Shown piece by piece: positions 57,269-64,000 of a DNA stretch of 64,000 nucleotides (position 1 is the stretch's first letter; each line of letters opens with the position of its first letter). The translations under genes were made by a program, and so were the position numbers. Source of the stretch: Patescibacteria group bacterium (GTDB lineage Bacteria; Patescibacteriota; Minisyncoccia; Moranbacterales; JAKLHP01). The notes under the pieces are model-generated. The model did no database searches and was not told the DNA's origin. It saw only the letters and a list, made by a program, of their open reading frames with translations. Where the stretch lies: contig JAZDKA010000009.1 of assembly GCA_043803385.1 (NCBI GenBank), forward strand, positions 3,092 through 67,091, given 5' to 3'.

Positions 57269-57462
57269 GAGATATTTAATTGCTAGAAGCATGAAATAAA
57301 GAAAAATCCGGAAAAATCATTGGGGGAAATAATAAAATTTTTAAAGTAAGTATTTAAATAATGATTTTGAAAGGCGGGAAGAAATGGCCCTGTTGAATGG
57401 TAAAAAAATTTAACAGGGTAAAAACTGAAAAACAAATATCCTGAATTTTTTATGATGAATAA

Positions 57463-57873
57463 ATGGAAAGAATAAAGCAGAAAGTGTTTAAGGGCATAGT
57501 AGAAACCGGAGTGGCTGATATTCCGGATAGATTTTTGCAGAAATTAAATAATGTGTCAGTGGTAATTGAAGGCGAGCCTGCGCCGGAGCAAATAGGAAAA
57601 TTCAATCTCCGCCACGGCTGGACATTATTCGGCCTTTATGAAGGCGTGCCCCAAATATCCCGAGGATCTAATTACGGATTGGTGCTTCCGGACAAAATAA
57701 CTATTTTTCAAAAACCAATCGAACAAGCGGCGAGGAATCTTGACGATGTTAAGGAAATTGTAAAAAATACAGTTTGGCACGAAATCGCCCACCATTTTGG
57801 CATGAACGAGGCAGAAGTGCGCCAATCGGAATCCAGAAGAAAAAGTAAAAAATCGAGGACCGTCCTCGAATAA
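57463..57873 (+). CDS. Putative zinc metallopeptidase (HExxH, DUF1025/zincin-like)
   Basis: VWHEIAHHFG. Confidence 0.5.
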   Translation: MERIKQKVFKGIVETGVADIPDRFLQKLNNVSVVIEGEPAPEQIGKFNLRHGWTLFGLYEGVPQISRGSNYGLVLPDKITIFQKPIEQAARNLDDVKEIVKNTVWHEIAHHFGMNEAEVRQSESRRKSKKSRTVLE

Positions 57874-57882
57874 ATAAGTAAG

Positions 57883-58953
57883 TTATTTCAGCTTTAAATT
57901 TGCGTCAGTTTCGAGGGTTTTCCAATTTTGGAAAGCCTTTTTCTTTTGCGCCTTTGCCATCTTATTCCATCTGAAATAAGCGGCAACAGCGATCATGGCA
58001 GCATTGTCGCCGGTATATTTAATAGGTGGTAGTTTGTAGGTGGTAGCTGGTAGGTTTTTTTTGATAGCTTCGCCTAATTGTTTGCGTAATTCTTTGTTGG
58101 CGGCAACGCCTCCGGCCAGCATAATTGTTTTGGGATTATATTTTTTGGCGGCCTTAATAGTCTTGGAAACTAAAACGTCAATGACTGCCTGCTGGAATTC
58201 ATGGCACAATTCAAAAATATTTTTTTTATTCTTTAACATTTTTTTGTTTTTTATGGTTTCATATAAAACCGCGGTCTTGAGTCCGGAAAATGAAAAGTCA
58301 AAATTATTCTTATTAATCATCGGACGAGGCAGATTTAGTTTGCAGCTTGTAGTTTGTAGTTTGTAGTCTTTCGCCCATTGGGCGATGGCTGGTCCTCCAG
58401 GATATCCAATATCTAAAATCCTGGCCACTTTATCAAAAGCTTCTCCAACTGCATCGTCCAGGGTCTGGCCAATAATTTCATAACTCATATTTTTTTTCAT
58501 ATATATAAGCTGGGTATGCCCGCCAGAAACGACAAGAGCCAAAATTGGAAATTGGTTATTGGAAATTCCGCTAATTTCATTTATGAAATTAGCGTATATA
58601 TGTCCTTCAATATGATGGATTCCGATGAGCGGTTTTTCCCAGACATAGGAAAGCGTCTTGGCAACATTAGTTCCAATGAGAAGCGCGGGAATAAGTCCCG
58701 GTCCGTTGGTAACAGCGATCAAATCCAAATCATCGGGCTTAACACTGGCCTCTTTGAGGGATAATTTCAGGACCGGAATGATGTTTTTGAGATGTTCTCT
58801 GGCGGCCAGATTAGGAACGACTCCGCCCCATTTGGCGTGAAGTTTGACTTGCGAAGAAACAACATGGGAAAAAATGTTAATTTTCCCATTTTTGCAGTCA
58901 ATTATGGATGCCGCGGTCTCGTCGCAGGATGTTTCAATTCCTAGGATTTTCAT
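57883..58953 (-). CDS. tsaD: tRNA N6-adenosine threonylcarbamoyltransferase
   Basis: MKILGIETSCDETAASIID...HIEGH...C-terminal motifs. Carries repeat insertions. Confidence 0.95.
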   Translation of the reverse strand: MKILGIETSCDETAASIIDCKNGKINIFSHVVSSQVKLHAKWGGVVPNLAAREHLKNIIPVLKLSLKEASVKPDDLDLIAVTNGPGLIPALLIGTNVAKTLSYVWEKPLIGIHHIEGHIYANFINEISGISNNQFPILALVVSGGHTQLIYMKKNMSYEIIGQTLDDAVGEAFDKVARILDIGYPGGPAIAQWAKDYKLQTTSCKLNLPRPMINKNNFDFSFSGLKTAVLYETIKNKKMLKNKKNIFELCHEFQQAVIDVLVSKTIKAAKKYNPKTIMLAGGVAANKELRKQLGEAIKKNLPATTYKLPPIKYTGDNAAMIAVAAYFRWNKMAKAQKKKAFQNWKTLETDANLKLK

Positions 58954-58993
58954 AATTTTAGAAGTTGATTTTTTAGAGGTTTAATGATATATA

Positions 58994-59683
58994 TTGATGG
59001 TAAACCTTAAATTGAAAAAAGCAATGACCATGTCTGATAAAGATTTAAAATCTAAGCATAAAGCCCTGGATCATAAATTAGACGGAATTAAGATGAAGGA
59101 ACTTAGCGATAATGAACTTATCAAGCTTCTTGAGTGCAAAGATTTCAGGGTGCATAATGAGCTGGTAAAAAGATACCAGAGGAGGCTTTTCGTTTATATT
59201 TACCGATTCATTGGAAATAAAGAGGAAGCGGAAGATCTTGTCCAGAACGTTTTTTTCAAGGTATATAAATATTGCAAAAATTTCGATATCGACAGAAAAT
59301 TTTCTTCCTGGATCTATCGGATCGCCCACAACGAAGCAGTCAATCACATGAAAAGAAAAAGCATTAAAAAATTTATTTCACTGGAAGATTTTGTTTCGGA
59401 GAAAGACAGAATAGAGACAAAATCGGAAGCGAAATCTCCCATGGAAGCCTGGATGAGCAAGGAGCTTCGGAAAGAAATGGAAGCTGCTCTCAAAAAAATT
59501 CCTGGCAAATACCGTGAAGTGCTGGAGATGAGATATTTTGCCGAAAAATCATATGAGGAAATAAGCAAGATTATAAAGAAGCCGGTAAATACGGTCGGCA
59601 CGCTTATTAGCAGAGCAAAGAAAAAATTGGAAAGCGTCGTGAGAGCTTCGAGAAAAAGCAGGTCTAAAAAAAGAGCATCTTAG
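58994..59683 (+). CDS. RNA polymerase sigma-70 family (ECF-type) sigma factor with N-terminal extension
   Basis: Region 2 DLVQNVFFKVYKY...WIYRIAHNEAVNH. Region 4 EVLEMRYFAEKSYEEISKIIKKPVNTVGT. Confidence 0.85.
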   Translation: MMVNLKLKKAMTMSDKDLKSKHKALDHKLDGIKMKELSDNELIKLLECKDFRVHNELVKRYQRRLFVYIYRFIGNKEEAEDLVQNVFFKVYKYCKNFDIDRKFSSWIYRIAHNEAVNHMKRKSIKKFISLEDFVSEKDRIETKSEAKSPMEAWMSKELRKEMEAALKKIPGKYREVLEMRYFAEKSYEEISKIIKKPVNTVGTLISRAKKKLESVVRASRKSRSKKRAS

Positions 59684-59821
59684 TTCAGCGGGGATATTTA
59701 GCTGGTTTTTTGAGAATCCGAAATAAAACTTGATTATTTTAGATTTCGTTGCTATTATTTTTATCGTTATAATCTGTTATAATACTTAAGGCATAGCCTT
59801 TGTTTTTATTTTCACGTTTTT

Positions 59822-59891
59822 GGCCCTATCGTCTAGTGGTCCCGCCGAAGGCGGACAAGTAGGACAACAGGTTTTATTCATCCCCGCACCA
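59822..59891 (+). pseudogene. tRNA-Glu-like 5'-half fragment carrying a 20-nt GC-hairpin insertion in the D-loop; no 3' half
   Basis: GGCCCTATCGTCTAGTGGT[CCCGCCGAAGGCGGACAAGT]AGGACAACAGGTTTT aligns to tRNA-Glu at 59911, then diverges to ...CCCCGCACCA. Confidence 0.4.
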
Positions 59892-59910
59892 AAAATTGAA
59901 ATATAAATAC

Positions 59911-59982
59911 GCCGCCATCGTCTAGTGGTTAGGACAACAGGTTTTCATCCTGTAAACAGGGGTTCGATTCCCCTTGGCGGTA
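59911..59982 (+). tRNA. tRNA-Glu (anticodon TTC)
   Basis: GCCGCCA acceptor. Short D-stem GTC/GAC. Anticodon arm ACAGG-TTTTCAT-CCTGT. TTCGATT T-loop. Confidence 0.8.
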
Positions 59983-60116
59983 CATTGATTATTTTAATTT
60001 TTTTGATATAATGAGTTTGTTTTGACAATTTAATATTATTCCGCGGTAGCCCCGACGCAAGGTCGGGGTCCCGACTGAAACGTCGGGACTCAATGGTCCC
60101 AGCACCAAACTTTTGC

Positions 60117-60188
60117 TCCGGCGTAGCTCAATGGTAGAGCAGTTGACTGTTAATCAATTGGTTGTAGGTTCGAATCCTACCGCCGGAG
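60117..60188 (+). tRNA. tRNA-Asn (anticodon GTT)
   Basis: TCCGGCG/CGCCGGA acceptor. TAGCTCAATGGTAGAGC D-arm. Anticodon loop CTGTTAA. G73. Confidence 0.8.
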
Positions 60189-60311
60189 CAAAAAGTTGGT
60201 ACGGGATAAGGCTTCGCTAAGGTTGAACCTTAGCGGCGTAAACAGGGCTCATAAAAATTCCAAAAATAAAATTAATAATCAGTTTATTTATTTTTTAATA
60301 GCTTAAAAAAT

Positions 60312-61010
60312 ATGAAAAATTTAAAAGGATTTTCATTTTTAGCGCTTATCTTCATTGTTGCCGGAATGGCTTTATTTTCGGCAGCGGCAATATATGCCGT
60401 GAAAAAAAATCCCGGAACATTCTCTTTAACAACACCGCAAGAAAAAGCGGAAGAAAAATCGACAGAAAGCGGAGCATCGGGAGGGGGAAAATCAATGGCG
60501 GAGAGATTTCTGGATATGGTCGGCCAAAAAATCAAATCTATCATTACCCCCAAGGCGCCCATAGGAAATTTGACGCCTGTCCGCGATCTTCGGGGAACCT
60601 GGAAGTCGTCTTTAGCGGGGAAAGGAATACAAGTCTATGGCCAATTCAAAACTGGCCCCGGAACTACTCAGGTTTACCAAGAAGGAGATATCAAATTAAT
60701 TATCACTTCTGTGGAAAACAACATTGCTTCTGGAACTATTCAATATACGAACTTATGCACTTGGGGCAGAACAACCGCGCCCAAAATACCCACTATTAGC
60801 ATACCTAAGAGATGTGCCAGTCCGAGCGCCAGTCCAATCGGAATCAGGGTCAGTGGCACTCGCCTGGATTTTGGCACAGTTGCTACTGGTGACACCACAG
60901 CTACTATGCAAGGCACCTACACTACTGACATCATAACTGGAAGCATGACAGTAAATCTTCCCGCCTATGGAGTCCTTAAGGGAGAATTCCATCTTAGCCG
61001 GGCTAAATAA
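60312..61010 (+). CDS. Hypothetical membrane-anchored protein
   Basis: N-terminal TM. Ser/Thr/Gly-rich. No motifs. Confidence 0.35.
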   Translation: MKNLKGFSFLALIFIVAGMALFSAAAIYAVKKNPGTFSLTTPQEKAEEKSTESGASGGGKSMAERFLDMVGQKIKSIITPKAPIGNLTPVRDLRGTWKSSLAGKGIQVYGQFKTGPGTTQVYQEGDIKLIITSVENNIASGTIQYTNLCTWGRTTAPKIPTISIPKRCASPSASPIGIRVSGTRLDFGTVATGDTTATMQGTYTTDIITGSMTVNLPAYGVLKGEFHLSRAK

Positions 61011-61065
61011 TTACATAAAAGTTATCAGATGGTTTTTGATAGCATCTATCCCGCGGAGCATACAA

Positions 61066-61096
61066 AACAAACCCCGCTTTAAAGGCGGGGTTTTTT
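61066..61096. terminator. Bidirectional rho-independent terminator
   Basis: AAAACCCCGC-TTTAAAG-GCGGGGTTTTTT between convergent genes. Confidence 0.8.
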
Positions 61097-61126
61097 GTAT
61101 GCAATTTTTTTCAAAACAGATTGAAG

Positions 61127-62095
61127 CTATTTGTTGATTGTCCAGCTGTCGGCGATTGTTTTAATGACATCCGAATATTTATCAAAGTTGTCAAACGGAG
61201 CCCGATAGGCCCAGGCATGGAAAGTCAGGCTATCGCCATGAGGAACAACAATTTGAAGCTGTTTGTATTTCTGCCCTTGATAAGTAAAGGCCATGGCAAA
61301 ACTTTTTGCGATGAGTTCAAGCCCGTCAGCTCTTTTTAGATTGATGTCCTGTGAATCGCCAATAACAGCTGATTTATCCATGCTTTGTACTTGTTTTTTT
61401 AGGTCTTTTACGACATCTCCGGAGTCAGTATATTTTCCTCCTCTATTTACTGACGCAAGATTTTGGACATTAACCGTAACGTCGGACATATTTTTCTCTT
61501 TTGGTCCCCTGAAGACAACCGTGACATTATCCGGTTTTTCGTAAGTCCAATCTTTCGGGTATTGTATTGAATATCCAAGAGTTGCATCGGAAAAAGTATT
61601 CATATCACTGGAATTTACTGACGCGGATTTATTTTCCAGGCTGCTGCTTATTCCGGAATCGGAAGAGCTTAAATCGACGGACAAAATCTTCCACTCCTTG
61701 TTTTCCTTGATAAATTGATATTTCACCGGCGTTACTGTGCCGTCTTTGGCTGAAAGCGTTCCCGTTATAGTTCCTGTTTCGCCTTTAATTTCCCGGCTGG
61801 TAAAAGTATGGCTTTTATAATTTTTGAGAACTTCGTAATTGTTTACATAATTTACAAATTTGTCATAGCTGACAGATCTTTGAAATTCGTTCGAAGTTAG
61901 ATTATAAGCGCCTTTGAAGTCTCCGCTGGCGATTAAATTTAGCTGTTTCTCGGATACTTTGACAATTCCGGAAGTTGCCTGAAAGGCCCAATAAATTATC
62001 AGCACGATAAAAATTCCGATTCCAATCAGAATTTTTTTCCATAATTGCATTTTCTTTTTCGGCTTTCCCTCTTTGGGAATAGTTGTGTTTTCCAT
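61127..62095 (-). CDS. Hypothetical membrane-anchored extracytoplasmic protein
   Basis: N-terminal TM, 322 aa, no motifs. Confidence 0.35.
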   Translation of the reverse strand: MENTTIPKEGKPKKKMQLWKKILIGIGIFIVLIIYWAFQATSGIVKVSEKQLNLIASGDFKGAYNLTSNEFQRSVSYDKFVNYVNNYEVLKNYKSHTFTSREIKGETGTITGTLSAKDGTVTPVKYQFIKENKEWKILSVDLSSSDSGISSSLENKSASVNSSDMNTFSDATLGYSIQYPKDWTYEKPDNVTVVFRGPKEKNMSDVTVNVQNLASVNRGGKYTDSGDVVKDLKKQVQSMDKSAVIGDSQDINLKRADGLELIAKSFAMAFTYQGQKYKQLQIVVPHGDSLTFHAWAYRAPFDNFDKYSDVIKTIADSWTINK

Positions 62096-62205
62096 TTTTT
62101 TAAGTTAATTTTTACGTTTTTATTATACCAGGTTATTGGGATTTTTGCAAAGAGACAAACCGTGGTAGAATTAACGCAAGGTTAATAATTAAATTCTTTA
62201 AAGGC

Positions 62206-62652
62206 ATGGTTTTATTTGACGAACTTAAAAAAATCGTCTCGGAAATTCCAGCCGAGCTTAATGAGAAAAAAGGGATTTACTCATTCGAAGTTCTAGTGGC
62301 GGAAAGAAAAGCTTTTCTTTCCAGGAAAAAGCTTACGTATTCTGCCAAGTTTCGGATCAATGAAGAAGGAAAAGAAGTGAAATTTACGGAAATGCTGAAA
62401 GAATCCGGATCGGGATTATCTTCCGGCGGAGGAGGATTTAACGGCGAAATGAGTGCCGGTTTCGGATTTAAAACGGAGAGCTATAACACGCTTTCCGGAG
62501 CGCGGGAGGGAAATATCGAAGAGCAATCCAATCTTTTCGGAAAAAAATATGAATACAAATTCGATTTCGGAGCCATAAGAAAGAAATTTGAAGAAAAAGC
62601 TAAGGAAAACGGATATCAATTCTCCTATCAAATTACCAGCATCGGGCTATAG
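62206..62652 (+). CDS. Hypothetical protein
   Basis: 148-aa ORF. Gly-rich central segment. Confidence 0.3.
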   Translation: MVLFDELKKIVSEIPAELNEKKGIYSFEVLVAERKAFLSRKKLTYSAKFRINEEGKEVKFTEMLKESGSGLSSGGGGFNGEMSAGFGFKTESYNTLSGAREGNIEEQSNLFGKKYEYKFDFGAIRKKFEEKAKENGYQFSYQITSIGL

Positions 62653-62780
62653 GCACAATTGACGGATATTTCAGAAGTGTTATTATATCCATATGCCACA
62701 GTGGCATGCAGAAGCAGCGTAGTCGAACTTTTCTTGCATAATAACCAAGTGAGCATTTAACTAATTTTCATACAAGCAAA

Positions 62781-62981
62781 ATGGCAAAAGGAACAATAAA
62801 GAAACTAACCGACAGAGGTTTTGGTTTCATTGCGCCTGAAGGGGAAGAAAAAGAACTCTTCTTCCATTCCACAGAACTTCAAGGAGTTCAATTCAATGAA
62901 CTTAAAGAAGGAGATGCTGTTGAATTCGAAGTAAGCGAAAGCCCTAAGGGACCGAATGCGACTCAAGTAAAGCGAGTTTAA
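62781..62981 (+). CDS. cspA: Cold-shock protein (CspA family)
   Basis: GTIKKLTDRGFGFIAPEGEEKELFFH RNP1/RNP2 motifs. Confidence 0.9.
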   Translation: MAKGTIKKLTDRGFGFIAPEGEEKELFFHSTELQGVQFNELKEGDAVEFEVSESPKGPNATQVKRV

Positions 62982-63004
62982 TTCGTTTTTACATTAGAGT
63001 TTTT

Positions 63005-63031
63005 AAAACCCGCCTCATCGGCGGGTTTTTT
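63005..63031 (+). terminator. Rho-independent terminator after cspA
   Basis: AAAACCCGCC-TCAT-CGGCGGGTTTTTT. Confidence 0.8.
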
Positions 63032-63074
63032 GGAATAGATTTTTATTCCTCTTTGTAATAAGATTATATTGTTA

Positions 63075-63182
63075 GGACTTGCGCATTTGCCTCTGCCAAT
63101 CCCGCTGCTCCGGCGCGATAACGGACTATTTTATAATCGCGCCTCCGAAAAGCGGATTGCCATAGCCAACCGCGCAAGTCCC
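63075..63182. repeat. GC-rich structured repeat element, copy 3
   Basis: Near-identical to copy 1 with compensatory outer-stem changes (ACTTGCGC...GCGCAAGT). Confidence 0.8.
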
Positions 63183-63186
63183 GATT

Positions 63187-64000
63187 ATGCTGCAGATGAA
63201 AATAAAAAATTTTTATGCCTTTTTTGTCATCCTGATGATAGCTTCTTTTACAGGAAGCCTGCTTTGGATTAAAACTCATTATTATTTTCCTGATTCTTCC
63301 CAAGTTATTATTTCCAGGAAAAAAGAAAGGAAACCGATGGAGTTTAAGAAAATAGAAAGGCCGAAGCCGAATCCCGTGTCCATGGAACGGCTGAAAAAGC
63401 AAGGGTGCGTGGCAGACGGCCTGCTTTCGGAATATAATCCGGACCGGGAACAGTACATTTCCTTAATTAACCGCTCTAATTGCTATTATCTCCATAGGGC
63501 AGTAGAAACTTGGCTTACCCCTCCAGATTTTGAAACTATAGAATATGTTATGAACCGGATTGAAAAGAAAGACGTGGTTTATGGGATGTTTATTGCCGAA
63601 GCGCTAAAAACCAACGCGCACTATGATTTTCCCAAAGAGAATCGGGAATTTGATTTTGGAAAAATGTGTCAGGAAGGAAGTGAAAATATCTGGGGAGAGC
63701 ATTCCTGCAAGCCGGATTTCGGAAGCGGAGAATACAGGGAATATTTAAGGCATATAACGGAAGGGGCAATTGATCTGGGAATCCAAAGCTTTATGCTCGG
63801 GCAGGTTTATTTCCAGGAAAACGGGAGGAGGGATCGTGTCATTGATATAGTGAAAGAAATGCGCGCCTATGCCAAGAAAAAAGGAGTGAACATAATTATC
63901 GGAGCGCAAACAGGAAAAATAACCGACCCTTCTTTTATATCGCGATTCGATTATATTGAAGGAGGAGTGGGTATCGATGAAAATGGCGTTCTCCCGGAAG
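63187..64000 (+). CDS. Hypothetical TM-anchored protein, 3' end beyond window. Not in the ORF track (no stop codon within the window)
   Basis: Uninterrupted reading frame of ~270 codons from ATG 63187 to window end in an AT-rich genome. N-terminal TM NFYAFFVILMIASFTGSLLWI. Confidence 0.5.
   Translation, partial: MLQMKIKNFYAFFVILMIASFTGSLLWIKTHYYFPDSSQVIISRKKERKPMEFKKIERPKPNPVSMERLKKQGCVADGLLSEYNPDREQYISLINRSNCYYLHRAVETWLTPPDFETIEYVMNRIEKKDVVYGMFIAEALKTNAHYDFPKENREFDFGKMCQEGSENIWGEHSCKPDFGSGEYREYLRHITEGAIDLGIQSFMLGQVYFQENGRRDRVIDIVKEMRAYAKKKGVNIIIGAQTGKITDPSFISRFDYIEGGVGIDENGVLPE

Noticed and set aside
63064-63402. Two overlapping ORFs (63064..63402 -, 63069..63272 +)
   Set aside because: Both lie on the GC-rich structured repeat (copy 3) and its palindromic nature creates open frames on both strands. 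The real gene is the + strand ORF from 63187.

Overview
Low-GC, gene-dense bacterial window read as a Candidate Phyla Radiation/Patescibacteria-like genome. The basis is small housekeeping proteins with insertions, a type IV pilus cluster, many surface/CARDB-type proteins, and groEL without groES. Core genes are uvrA(3' end), rsmI, three GT4 glycosyltransferases, ileS, recO, tgt, murA, mreB, holB, ftsQ-like, ychF, groEL, a histidine kinase + CheY-like receiver, pilB/pilC/pilins/pilM/N/O, valS, hup, tsaD, an ECF sigma factor and cspA. Two tRNA clusters are present. The - strand carries tRNA-Arg(TCG), His, Arg(TCT) and Lys. The + strand carries tRNA-Glu and tRNA-Asn plus tRNA-like debris. Accessory content: (1) two restriction-modification systems (a beta-class SPPY methyltransferase + putative REase + secreted thermonuclease, and a gamma-class NPPY methyltransferase + PD-ExK REase). 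Each RM system sits behind a copy of a conserved ~55-bp promoter/operator module (TTATCCACA, -35, 16-nt spacer, palindromic GTGATAYAATATCAC -10). A third copy precedes a 10-codon remnant ORF, a terminator, and an Ntn-hydrolase-like/unknown gene pair. (2) Three copies of a ~107-nt GC-rich structured element with multiple compensatory base changes, each directly 5' of a gene for an exported or membrane protein. (3) ileS carries an in-frame histidine-phosphatase (RHG...SHG) domain between its zinc-knuckle cysteine pairs. (4) Palindromic mini-insertions (one with a 9-bp duplication) and shared short-tandem-repeat arrays inserted in-frame into unrelated housekeeping genes. (5) A cassette-like stretch of small same-strand genes separated by recurring upstream modules. 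(6) A CIRCE operator upstream of groEL, and several duplicated 5' modules.
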